Made by a program: the position numbers and the translations under genes
Source: an uncultured Bacilli bacterium
GTDB taxonomy: Bacteria; Bacillota_I; Bacilli_A; RF39; UBA660
Length of the DNA stretch: 64,000 bases
Assembly (NCBI GenBank): GCA_934096265.1
Contig: CAKOLI010000006.1
Span: 253-64,252 of the forward strand
Direction of reading: 5' to 3'
In this document: positions 21,620-30,661 of the stretch, piece after piece
Layout: every line of letters begins with the position of its first letter
How positions within the stretch are numbered: position 1 is the stretch's first letter
Notes under the pieces: model-generated
What the model saw: the letters and a program-made list of their open reading frames with translations, nothing else
Database searches by the model: none
What the model was told of the DNA's origin: nothing

Positions 21620-22057
21620 TTATCTAAAGTATTTACTTTTTTTCTTTTTAAGTACACTACATCCCCTCATATGATATTTAACCCTATCAAAAAATAATTT
21701 CATATCATTATATGGTAAATTATTAAGCTTCTTAAATGTAGTAAAATTATTCTTATATACATTACATATATTACTTAATTCTAACAATTCATCATCACTA
21801 ATATTATCATAAGGATCTAACATACTAATTGAATTATCTAAAGAATTATACCTAACTAAATCTCCAGGAAAATAATAATCTTTATTACTATTAAAACTAG
21901 GCATAATCTTCTTAATAAAATTAATATCATTATCCCAAATTGTTATCTCCAAATAATGCACATGTCTATAACCATCACAAGATAAATTACCATATAACCT
22001 CTTTACATTTAAAGGACCTGACAATGTACTTTTTGTAACTATTGCAATATTTGACAT
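21620..22057 (-). CDS. Hypothetical protein (145 aa)
   Basis: ATG at 22057 is preceded by GAGGTGA. No recognisable motif. It occupies the position after divIC where B. subtilis has yabR. Confidence 0.5.
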   Translation of the reverse strand: MSNIAIVTKSTLSGPLNVKRLYGNLSCDGYRHVHYLEITIWDNDINFIKKIMPSFNSNKDYYFPGDLVRYNSLDNSISMLDPYDNISDDELLELSNICNVYKNNFTTFKKLNNLPYNDMKLFFDRVKYHMRGCSVLKKKKSKYFR

Positions 22058-22117
22058 ATAAATCACCTCAAATAGGTAATATATATTACCACAAAAATTA
22101 AAAATAGTCAAAAAATA

Positions 22118-22465
22118 TTAATCAGGTAATTTAATAATAAATTCTCCTTCCTTAGAGTACAAATACTTTTCCCTAGCATATCTAGCTACATAAGCGGGAT
22201 CTTCTAACTTTTGAATATCATTCTTTAACACCTTTTCTTCTTCCTTAAGTGCTAAAATTTGACTCTCTAAAAAAACTTTCTCCTTCTTCATTTCATTAAT
22301 CTTATTCAAATTACTAAGTAAATTATAACTCAAAGTAAAAATTATAGAACCAAACACTACAAATGCAACAAAAAGTCTCATCTTAATATTAATTTTAATC
22401 TTACTCTTCTTACTACTTTTTACATTTGTAGAAAGAGACTTACTTACTTTACTATTTTTAGACAA
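22118..22465 (-). CDS. divIC: Septum formation initiator DivIC/FtsB family
   Basis: Single transmembrane segment followed by a coiled coil (LESQILALKEEEKVLKNDIQKLEDPAYVARYAREKY). Synteny after yabP-yabQ. Confidence 0.85.
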   Translation of the reverse strand: MSKNSKVSKSLSTNVKSSKKSKIKINIKMRLFVAFVVFGSIIFTLSYNLLSNLNKINEMKKEKVFLESQILALKEEEKVLKNDIQKLEDPAYVARYAREKYLYSKEGEFIIKLPD

Positions 22466-22496
22466 AATCCCACCTCCATATCATACGAACATTATA

Positions 22497-22781
22497 TCAC
22501 ATTTTTTTATGTTTAACAAACATTTTAGAAATAACACCACCTACAAAATAACCAATTAATATACAAAACAAAAAGTATACATGTATAATTCCATTATTAA
22601 TCATTCTTAAAACCAAAAAATAAAACAAAAGATTATCTAAAACAAATAACACTGATATAATAATTTTTTCAACAAATTTACTAAAAAACAAATACTTATA
22701 ATTAATACTTACTAAAAAATATACAACTATTCCATATAAAAAAGAAAAAGAAAGAGAAATAATCTGCAACTTTAAACTCAT
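22497..22781 (-). CDS. yabQ: Spore cortex biosynthesis membrane protein YabQ
   Basis: 94-aa polytopic membrane protein abutting the yabP stop. Conserved yabP-yabQ-divIC order. Confidence 0.7.
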   Translation of the reverse strand: MSLKLQIISLSFSFLYGIVVYFLVSINYKYLFFSKFVEKIIISVLFVLDNLLFYFLVLRMINNGIIHVYFLFCILIGYFVGGVISKMFVKHKKM

Positions 22782-23078
22782 TTACTTAAATAACTTAGAC
22801 AAAATAGAATCATCCCTATTTTTCTTCAAATTACTATTTTCAAAATATCCAAGACTATCTATCTTCCCTTTAATTGAAACATTTCCTTGATAAGTATCCA
22901 ATTTAATTATTTCTAATTCTTCTCCCTTAATAACTAAATAACCAAGTGTTGTCTCTAATAAAAACTCCTCATTATCAAAACTATCTATTTTTTTTACACC
23001 AGTAATAATAATATTCTTCCTCTCTGTAATTGATATACCATGATTAAAACTATTTTCTAACTCTTTTGCCTTGTCCAT
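22782..23078 (-). CDS. yabP: Sporulation protein YabP
   Basis: ITGVKKIDSFDNEEFLLETTLGYLVIKGEELEIIKLD pattern of the YabP family, plus synteny. Confidence 0.8.
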   Translation of the reverse strand: MDKAKELENSFNHGISITERKNIIITGVKKIDSFDNEEFLLETTLGYLVIKGEELEIIKLDTYQGNVSIKGKIDSLGYFENSNLKKNRDDSILSKLFK

Positions 23079-23144
23079 ATTATCCTCCTAAAAAATATTA
23101 TGTAAAACAAAAAAAAATAGAACAAAAAAAGAATAACTTCATCG

Positions 23145-23402
23145 TTATTCTGCTTTTTCATAAGCTTCCAAAATAGCTTTTTCAAACATTTGACGTGTTT
23201 CTGTATTAATTGGATGAGCTATATCTTTATATCCACCAGTAGCGGTTTGTCTACTAGGCATTGCTATAAATAATCCATTATCGCCTTCAATAATTCTAAT
23301 ATCATATACTACAAAAGCATCATCTAGTAATACTGAAGCAATTCCTTTCATACGAGAATTTTCTTTGTCAATTTTCTTTACTGTAACTGAAGTAATCTTC
23401 AT
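23145..23402 (-). CDS. spoVG: Septation/sporulation regulator SpoVG
   Basis: [12 protein letters not shown]...[36 protein letters not shown] at 23402 is preceded by GAAGGAG. Confidence 0.95.
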   Translation of the reverse strand: MKITSVTVKKIDKENSRMKGIASVLLDDAFVVYDIRIIEGDNGLFIAMPSRQTATGGYKDIAHPINTETRQMFEKAILEAYEKAE

Positions 23403-23543
23403 TTTGCACGCTCCTTCTAAAAAGGATGGATGACATACCATTACCTTTCTAATTACATTGTATATAATAAAACGCTAAAAGTCAACATTTTTTTACTAAA
23501 GTTGTCACTTTTTAGCATCTTTTTTACTAACTAATATAAATTA

Positions 23544-23756
23544 TTAAAATTTGATGAGAATACTATTCGTAAGTACATCCGTATAACTAAAACTCATCAT
23601 TTCCCTGTCATCCAACTTAACAATAAAGATATAATTATATGTCTCAACAATAACCCCATTATACTCTAAAATTTTATTTCTACTTCCATTATAAACAATC
23701 TTAACAGGTTTCCCTAAATTATTATCTATATTATTTTTAATCTTCTCTAATGTCAT
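23544..23756 (-). CDS. veg: Veg protein (biofilm/sporulation-associated small protein)
   Basis: 70 aa. The pattern IKNNIDNNLGKPVKIVYNGSRNK...GVIVETYNYIFIVKLD...SFSYTDVLT parallels B. subtilis Veg. Confidence 0.85.
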   Translation of the reverse strand: MTLEKIKNNIDNNLGKPVKIVYNGSRNKILEYNGVIVETYNYIFIVKLDDREMMSFSYTDVLTNSILIKF

Positions 23757-23764
23757 AAATCCCC

Positions 23765-24535
23765 CTATTCTCTAGGATAACCTACATACATACACCCTTT
23801 TGTAATTATACCTCCTATCCCTTCAGGACCATATTTAGTTTTATTCAAAATATTAATCAAATCAATATCCTCTCTCTTATCAGAAAAAGATACTGACATA
23901 GCTACAATCGCAGGATCAAGAGCGTGAATATTAATTCTCTTAGGACTAGATGCAAAATTAGCTCCCGCTTTAATTAACTCCTCATAATCAGATTGACATG
24001 CTCCTGCAATAATAATTAACTTCTCATGAGACTTTTCATATCTCCTGGCCTCTTTAACCGCATTAATAAAATTAACACTATTCTTATACCCTTCTCTCTT
24101 CTTTCTCTTTCTATAATATGCATCATGACCAGTAATAACCAAAACATCAGGATTATACATCTCTAAATATTCATACATCTTACCACTAACATTAGCTTCA
24201 TCTTCACATATACCATACGCTTTTGCCTTATTCTTTTTATAAAAACTTAAACACTTATCTAAATACTCCTTATCACTATCAATATGCAAAATCTTACCAG
24301 GTAAATAAAAATACTCACTCCTATCCAAAGATTTATACTTAGAAGTATCTAAATAAAACTCATCTTCTAAAGATGAATCATCATCATAAAGAACTAAATC
24401 ATCCTCTTCACTATCAGCACAAAGTCTAATATCTACCCCTTTTAAATAATAAACACTATCTCTTACATCATATATTTTAAAAACAACATCATTCCCATAT
24501 GAATTCCTAGTAACTAAATCTCCCACTTTAAACAT
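23765..24535 (-). CDS. yabG: Sporulation-specific protease YabG
   Basis: MFKVGDLVTRNSYGNDVVFKI aligns with the B. subtilis YabG N-terminus (recalled). VLVITGHDA and ACQS motifs. The alternative GTG start at 24544 adds 3 aa. Confidence 0.85.
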   Translation of the reverse strand: MFKVGDLVTRNSYGNDVVFKIYDVRDSVYYLKGVDIRLCADSEEDDLVLYDDDSSLEDEFYLDTSKYKSLDRSEYFYLPGKILHIDSDKEYLDKCLSFYKKNKAKAYGICEDEANVSGKMYEYLEMYNPDVLVITGHDAYYRKRKKREGYKNSVNFINAVKEARRYEKSHEKLIIIAGACQSDYEELIKAGANFASSPKRINIHALDPAIVAMSVSFSDKREDIDLINILNKTKYGPEGIGGIITKGCMYVGYPRE

Positions 24536-24593
24536 AATCTTCACCCATAAAATAATATGAATATAAATCTAAAAAAAGAACAAAAAAAGATTA

Positions 24594-25385
24594 CTACAAA
24601 CTATTAGCAATCTCAACAAAAATCTCTAAAGGAATTTGTTCTGCTCTAACAGACAAATCCAAATTATATTTACTAAGTACAGACATAACCTTATCCATAT
24701 TATAACCAACCAAATTATTTCTAAGCGTCTTCCTCTTATATCTAAAACTATCTCTTACTAATCTATTAAACACTTCCATATTCTTAACATATGGTCTATC
24801 TTTTTTAATCACAAACTCCACAACAGTACTACATACCTTAGGCCTTGGAATAAAACAATTACTACTAACATCAAATAGTTTACAAATATCATAATAATAA
24901 TTTAAATAAACAGTCAAAGAATTATAATTCTTACTATTAGGTTTTGCAACAAACCTATCCGCAACTTCCTTTTGCACCATAACAAGCATTTTATCAGCCA
25001 TAATCCCATTACTTATAACTTTATTTATAATCGCAGTAGTAATATAATATGGCAAATTAGCTACAACATATTTCTTTTTATAATCATAATCCTTAATATC
25101 ATCACTTACAGAAGCCTTTAAAAAATCTCCATACTTAACAATTACATTATTATTATCATTAACTAAATTATCTAACTTATCCTTCAAACTAGTATCTATT
25201 TCATAACACAACAAATACTTAGCAAGAGGAGCCATCCTACGAGAAATAGCCCCTTCACCAGGACCAATCTCAATAACAAGTGTATCTTTATCTATACAAG
25301 CACTACTAACTATTTTATTAATAATATTTTCATCAATTAAAAAATTCTGCCCTAAAGACTTCTTAAATTTAAACTTACTATCCAT
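24594..25385 (-). CDS. rsmA: 16S rRNA (adenine1518/1519-N6)-dimethyltransferase
   Basis: KKSLGQNFLIDENI, EIGPGEGAI SAM motif and NLPYYITT. ATG at 25385 is preceded by GGAGGT. Confidence 0.95.
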   Translation of the reverse strand: MDSKFKFKKSLGQNFLIDENIINKIVSSACIDKDTLVIEIGPGEGAISRRMAPLAKYLLCYEIDTSLKDKLDNLVNDNNNVIVKYGDFLKASVSDDIKDYDYKKKYVVANLPYYITTAIINKVISNGIMADKMLVMVQKEVADRFVAKPNSKNYNSLTVYLNYYYDICKLFDVSSNCFIPRPKVCSTVVEFVIKKDRPYVKNMEVFNRLVRDSFRYKRKTLRNNLVGYNMDKVMSVLSKYNLDLSVRAEQIPLEIFVEIANSL

Positions 25386-25418
25386 ATATACCTCCAAACA
25401 AAAAGAGGCAAACGCCCC

Positions 25419-26222
25419 TTAAAAACCATATCTTAATACTTCAAAAGTAACATCTTTATCTATACCAAATGCTTTAATTTCAGGATCATTCTCAGACGCA
25501 AACATTAAATCTATCCAAATATTACCATTTTTCCAAGCATTACGCATAGTTGCTCCTGTATCAATAACAATTCCAAGAAAAGGCTTATCATAGTAACTAA
25601 AAGAAGAAACCCTAATAACAGTACCATTAGGAAACTTATCATAAGCCGCTGCTAAAATACGAACCTCACCATAAGTATCATCATCATAAGTAATTCTATC
25701 CGCCTTTTGCACTACACCATCAACAACAGAAGCCACCCTATACCCACTAGCGGTCTTACCACTCTTACATCCCTTACAATCAGGGCCATAACCAGTAAGC
25801 GTACCAATATAATTATCAATAGCTTTATAACTCATAACATCAATTACTTCTTCTTTTATACTATTATCATCACTACTATTATCTAAAGAAGAACTATCAT
25901 CATTCCTTGTATTATTTAAATTATTACTGTTATTATTACTATTATTATTCTTATCTACAGTATCGTTACCCTTAGTATCCTTATCTATTACTTTCTCGTC
26001 ATTCTTATCGGCTATAGGTAATACCTCATTATCATCATCTTTTGATAAAACAATATCACTTGCTACAAAATCACCATAAGAAACACTAACTTTAGAAGTA
26101 GAATTTATATTTGTCACAAAACTAGAATCATCAGAATCCATAGGCAAAGACATTAATACAAAGCCTGTAACTACCAAAATTTGCACAATCGGACCACAAA
26201 TTTTGATGATTTTATTTACCAT
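25419..26222 (-). CDS. 3D-domain (YabE/RpfB-like) secreted cell-wall protein with an Asn/Asp/Ser-rich linker
   Basis: Signal-anchor MVNKIIKICGPIVQILVVTGFVLMSL. C-terminal 3D domain (GYGPDCKGCKSGKTASGYRV...GIVIDTG...IWIDLMF). Position between tatD and rsmA as for B. subtilis yabE. Confidence 0.75.
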   Translation of the reverse strand: MVNKIIKICGPIVQILVVTGFVLMSLPMDSDDSSFVTNINSTSKVSVSYGDFVASDIVLSKDDDNEVLPIADKNDEKVIDKDTKGNDTVDKNNNSNNNSNNLNNTRNDDSSSLDNSSDDNSIKEEVIDVMSYKAIDNYIGTLTGYGPDCKGCKSGKTASGYRVASVVDGVVQKADRITYDDDTYGEVRILAAAYDKFPNGTVIRVSSFSYYDKPFLGIVIDTGATMRNAWKNGNIWIDLMFASENDPEIKAFGIDKDVTFEVLRYGF

Positions 26223-26298
26223 TCTTTTCACCTCAAATATTGTATCACGCATAAATTTAAAACCATCCCCCATAGATAGAATTATAACACAACATTAT

Positions 26299-27051
26299 CT
26301 AAAAGTCAAATAATCTATTAGCATTCTCCGTAGTAACCCTAGCAACCTCCTCATTACTTAACCCCTTTAAAGAAGCAATCTCATCACAAATAAGTGGAAT
26401 ATAACTAGGCATATTAGGCTTACCTCTAAAAGGCTCTGGTGTAAGATAAGGACTATCAGTTTCTAATAAAATATATTCCAAATCTGTATTACTTACCACT
26501 TCCTTAATATTTTTAGCATTTTTAAACGTAATTATACCTCCAACCCCTAAATAAAAACCAAGCTTAGTAAACAATACAGAAGACTCTACACTACCACTAT
26601 AACAATGAAGAGAGCCAGTAAGACCCTTATATTCCTTTAATATATTATATGTATCTCCTATACTATCTCTACAATGAATAATTACAGGTTTATTATATTG
26701 CTTAGCAATATCCAACTGTCTCATAAAACAAATACCTTGTTTCATTTTTATCTCATCACTATTATCATAATGATAATCAAGTCCTATTTCACCTATAGCA
26801 ACTATTTTCTCATCATTAACATGCTGCAACAAAAACTCCTCATCATACTCCATATAACTATCTGGATGATATCCAATCGCACCATACACCATATCATACT
26901 TTTTTACAAGCCTCAAAACCTCCAAATTACTCTCTTTATTATAACCATTAACAATAACCTTTAAAACACCATTAGATCTAGCTAAATCAAGTACTGAATC
27001 TATATTATCATAATATTCACTAGTAACATGACAATGCGTATCAATATACAT
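26299..27051 (-). CDS. tatD: TatD-family metal-dependent DNase/hydrolase
   Basis: MYIDTHCH..., AIGEIGLDYHY, IIHCRD and ETDSPYL motifs. Confidence 0.93.
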   Translation of the reverse strand: MYIDTHCHVTSEYYDNIDSVLDLARSNGVLKVIVNGYNKESNLEVLRLVKKYDMVYGAIGYHPDSYMEYDEEFLLQHVNDEKIVAIGEIGLDYHYDNSDEIKMKQGICFMRQLDIAKQYNKPVIIHCRDSIGDTYNILKEYKGLTGSLHCYSGSVESSVLFTKLGFYLGVGGIITFKNAKNIKEVVSNTDLEYILLETDSPYLTPEPFRGKPNMPSYIPLICDEIASLKGLSNEEVARVTTENANRLFDF

Positions 27052-27095
27052 AAATACCTCCTAAATAACAAAAATTATACTATAAAAGTATAATT

Positions 27096-27254
27096 TCAAT
27101 CTAATATTTTATATTTAACATATAACACTGCAGTACATAAAAAGAAAATTACATCTATTACTTCATGGTCAGACAAAATAGTCATTATAAAAAATCCAAA
27201 TAATGCCATAAAAAACATATCATCTGCTCCAAACTTCTTTAATAGTTTGCTCAT
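27096..27254 (-). CDS. Possible 52-aa hydrophobic peptide (below the ORF-track cutoff)
   Basis: ATG at 27254 is preceded by AGAAAGGGTAAAAATT. Sequence MSKLLKKFGADDMFFMALFGFFIMTILSDHEVIDVIFFLCTAVLYVKYKILD predicts two short hydrophobic helices. It fills the otherwise empty metG-tatD gap. Confidence 0.3.
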   Translation of the reverse strand: MSKLLKKFGADDMFFMALFGFFIMTILSDHEVIDVIFFLCTAVLYVKYKILD

Positions 27255-27379
27255 AATTTTTACCCTTTCTTATATTATTTACTGCCTCCTACACACTAAA
27301 TATATCAAATATATAATAAAAAGTAAACAAAATTAAATATTTCTAAAAACTTTACATAACACTGTAAAAGAAAACCTAT

Positions 27380-28909
27380 TTATTTATTAACAATTCTTAA
27401 AAATAAAGGATCTATCTTATTTAATTTATTCTTATCTTCCAAACAGCCAAATTTACATACACAATCTACTTCATCATACTTTGTATTAAGCGCAAATAAT
27501 ATCTTAGAACTAGTATCAGGTAAATAAGGCTTTAACAAAATTGCCCCTAACCTAATAGACTCTAATAAATTATAAAGTACTGTATTTAATCTATCATGTT
27601 TATCATAATCTTTAGAAAGTACCCAAGGCATAGTATCATCTATATACTTATTACACCTTTTAAATATATCAAATATAGCCTCTAAAGCTTCAGGAACCTT
27701 TAATTCATCCATATATTTATCTACCATATTTTTAACACTAAGTACATAATTAATTAAATCATAATCTATCTCTTCACTACAATTACAATTAGATACAATA
27801 CCATCAAAATACTTATAACTCATACTAATAGTCCTATTAACTAAATTACCAAGCACATTAGCTAAATCTGCATTAATTCTATTTATAAGTAAATCCTCTG
27901 AAAAATTACCATCATTACCAAAAGGAACCTCCCTAAGTAAATAATACCTAACAGCATCCACACCATAAGAATTAATATATTCTCTAGGATCCTTATAATT
28001 ACCTAATGACTTTGATATTTTACCTCCATTAATAACAAGCCAACCATGAGCAAATATTTGCTTAGGCAAAGGTAGATCAAGAGCCATCAACATAATAGGC
28101 CATATAATTGTATGAAACCTAACAATCTCCTTACCTACAATATGTAAATCAGCAGGCCAATACTTCTTAAAATTACTATCATCACAAGTCTCATATCCCA
28201 AAGCGGATAAATAATTAGACAAAGCATCTATCCAAACATATACAATATGATTAGTATCAAAAGTAACTGGTATTCCCCACTTAAACGACGTCCTAGAAAC
28301 ACATAAATCTTGTAACCCAGGCTTAATAAAATTATTAATCATCTCATTCTTCCTAGATAAAGGCTTAATAAAATCAGGATGACTATCTATATAATCAACC
28401 AACCTATCTTGATATTTACTTAATCTAAAAAAATAAGCTTCCTCACAAACCTCATTAACCTCTCTACCACAATCAGGACACTTACCGTCTACTAATTGCC
28501 CAGAAGTCCAAAAAGACTCACATGGAGTACAATACAAACCCTTATATTCACCCTTATAAATATCACCTTGCTTATATAACCTTTCAAATATCTTTTGTAC
28601 CACCATAACATGATCACTATCAGTAGTCCTAATAAATTTATCATAACTAATATTTAATTGTTTCCATAAGTCCTTAGCATCCATTATAATCTTATCCACA
28701 TATTCCTGTGGAGTAACCCCTGCTTCCTTAGCTTTCTTTTCAATCTTCAAACCATGCTCATCAGAACCAGTTAGAAAAAACGTATCATATCCATTTGATC
28801 TTTTGTAACGTGCAATAGCGTCCGCTACAACAGTAGTATAACAATGACCTATATGAAAACTAGCACTAGGATAATATATAGGTGTTGTTATATAAAATTT
28901 TTTATCCAT
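27380..28909 (-). CDS. metG: Methionine--tRNA ligase (short form, no C-terminal tRNA-binding domain)
   Basis: PSASFHIGHCYT and KISKSLGN signatures, plus a CPDCG zinc knuckle. Confidence 0.95.
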   Translation of the reverse strand: MDKKFYITTPIYYPSASFHIGHCYTTVVADAIARYKRSNGYDTFFLTGSDEHGLKIEKKAKEAGVTPQEYVDKIIMDAKDLWKQLNISYDKFIRTTDSDHVMVVQKIFERLYKQGDIYKGEYKGLYCTPCESFWTSGQLVDGKCPDCGREVNEVCEEAYFFRLSKYQDRLVDYIDSHPDFIKPLSRKNEMINNFIKPGLQDLCVSRTSFKWGIPVTFDTNHIVYVWIDALSNYLSALGYETCDDSNFKKYWPADLHIVGKEIVRFHTIIWPIMLMALDLPLPKQIFAHGWLVINGGKISKSLGNYKDPREYINSYGVDAVRYYLLREVPFGNDGNFSEDLLINRINADLANVLGNLVNRTISMSYKYFDGIVSNCNCSEEIDYDLINYVLSVKNMVDKYMDELKVPEALEAIFDIFKRCNKYIDDTMPWVLSKDYDKHDRLNTVLYNLLESIRLGAILLKPYLPDTSSKILFALNTKYDEVDCVCKFGCLEDKNKLNKIDPLFLRIVNK

Positions 28910-29034
28910 TACAATTCCTCCTCATAAAATAAAACTAATAAATAACATAAAATTACCAACACATCCGAAAAACATACCATAATAAATAAATGTTATTAAA
29001 ACTATTAATATTCATAGACATAAAACACCTCCAA

Positions 29035-29262
29035 CAAATAAAAAAAATACAACATAAGGACGAGACAAACCCGTGGTACCACCTTACTTTGTATTTAAAA
29101 TACACACTCATAAGTTATAACGTCACCAACGTCTAAATATTATCTAAATAGAAGCAAGAGAAGCCATATATAACATAACCTTTTACTTACTCACACCATC
29201 CATAAGCTCTCTTTAAAAAGATATACGTTACCCTCATCTCTAATACGCCTTAAAACTACCAA
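29035..29262 (-). promoter_or_regulatory. T-box leader upstream of metG
   Basis: Minus strand has AAGGTGGTACCACGGG (T-box core, plus-strand 29071-29085). A pairing segment (ACAAAGTAAGG...CCTTATGTTGT) and ATTTTTTTATTT follow. Upstream, stem I-like AGAGATGAGGGTAACG and AAAGAGAGCTTATGGATGGTGTGAGTAAG contain AUG codons as candidate specifiers. Confidence 0.7.
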
Positions 29263-29302
29263 TATTATATTTAATTTATACAAAAATGTCAAGATTTTTT
29301 TA

Positions 29303-29824
29303 TCATTCTAAATGCTTTGACAATATTTTTGCCAACACAATAGCACTAGACTCCTCAAGCATATCCAAATACCTATCTTCTGAATACACAATCACACATC
29401 CATTCGCATCACTATTACTAACAATTGAAACAATAACATAATAATAATTATCTTTAACCCCTTTTATAATACTAATTTCAGACTTTTGCTTAGAATAAAA
29501 CTTATCCCTAGAGTCAATTAACCTAAGTAAAGTATCACTAATTTCCTTATTCAAATACTTACACTCTCCATCACTAGAACTAGCAACAATTTTATCTCTA
29601 TCTGATACCAAAATATTTAGCCCCAAAACATCTGAAAACGCATATACATAATCACTAACCTTATCTTCACAGCTAGCAATACTAGAATATTTTTGTAAAA
29701 TTATCCTATCATCATATGCTATAATGTCTAACTTATCGCCATTTTTAATTCTTAAAGTATTACGTATTTCCTTAGGAATAACTATCCTTCCAAGATCATC
29801 AATTCTACGAACAATTCCCACCAT
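29303..29824 (-). CDS. spoVT: Stage V sporulation transcription factor SpoVT (AbrB-type N-domain plus GAF-like C-domain)
   Basis: GIVRRIDDLGRIVIPKEIRNTLRIKNGDKLDI SpoVT/AbrB swapped-hairpin motif. 173 aa. Confidence 0.9.
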   Translation of the reverse strand: MVGIVRRIDDLGRIVIPKEIRNTLRIKNGDKLDIIAYDDRIILQKYSSIASCEDKVSDYVYAFSDVLGLNILVSDRDKIVASSSDGECKYLNKEISDTLLRLIDSRDKFYSKQKSEISIIKGVKDNYYYVIVSIVSNSDANGCVIVYSEDRYLDMLEESSAIVLAKILSKHLE

Positions 29825-29920
29825 TAATATCTTCCTCCAATATTACTTATTCTACTAAATTTACATTATTTTATACATATTGATTGACTAAAATAATTAT
29901 TTTAATTATAATTATACTAG

Positions 29921-30661
29921 GTGATAAATATGAACGATACATACAATGCCATCATTGAAATTCCACTAAAAACTAAAAATAAATTTGAAATAGATGTACA
30001 AACAAAACAAATAAAACTAGATAGAGTTTTATATTCCGCTATGAATTATCCAGCAGAATACGGCTACATAGATGAAACATACGCATATGACAAAGATCCA
30101 TTAGATATACTTGTCATCTCATCAGAGCCAACATTCCCAGGATGTATTGTACCAGCACGTATAATAGGATACCTAGAAGTTGTTGACAATGGTTATGAAG
30201 ACTTTAAATTAATCTCCGTCGTAGCGGTAGATCCTAGATATAAAGAAATTAACAAATTAGATGACCTATCCGATTTTACTCTCGCTGAAATAAAAAATTT
30301 CTTTCAAAATTACAAAACATTGCAAAATATAGAAGTAGAAGTTAAAGACTACCACAACAAAAAAGAAGCATTAAACATGATAAAACTATGTCAAACAAGA
30401 TATAAATTAAAAAATGAACTAAACGATATGACAATAAAAAAAATTGATATAGAAATAACAGAAAATACTAAAGAATTAGCAAATTGCACAGTAACATATA
30501 ATAACTCTGTTGTACTTAATGATGTAAAAGTTGTATCTATCAAAGATAAAATTACTATTGCTCTAAAGAAAGATATTTTCAGTGGTATTAAACTAACTAA
30601 AGAATTTCTTCAAGAACTAGAAAAAAGTGTTATAGAAAAATATAATGAGACTATTAACTAG
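29921..30661 (+). CDS. ppa: Family I inorganic pyrophosphatase with a roughly 75-aa SpoVG-like C-terminal extension
   Basis: IIEIP...KFE..., LDRVLYSAMNYPAEYGYI, DPLDILV and DFKLISV are PPase motifs. The tail MTIKKIDIEITENTKELANCTVTYNNSVVLNDVKVVSIKDKITIALKK...LTKEFLQELEKSVIEKY mirrors the SpoVG pattern. Confidence 0.85.
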   Translation: MINMNDTYNAIIEIPLKTKNKFEIDVQTKQIKLDRVLYSAMNYPAEYGYIDETYAYDKDPLDILVISSEPTFPGCIVPARIIGYLEVVDNGYEDFKLISVVAVDPRYKEINKLDDLSDFTLAEIKNFFQNYKTLQNIEVEVKDYHNKKEALNMIKLCQTRYKLKNELNDMTIKKIDIEITENTKELANCTVTYNNSVVLNDVKVVSIKDKITIALKKDIFSGIKLTKEFLQELEKSVIEKYNETIN

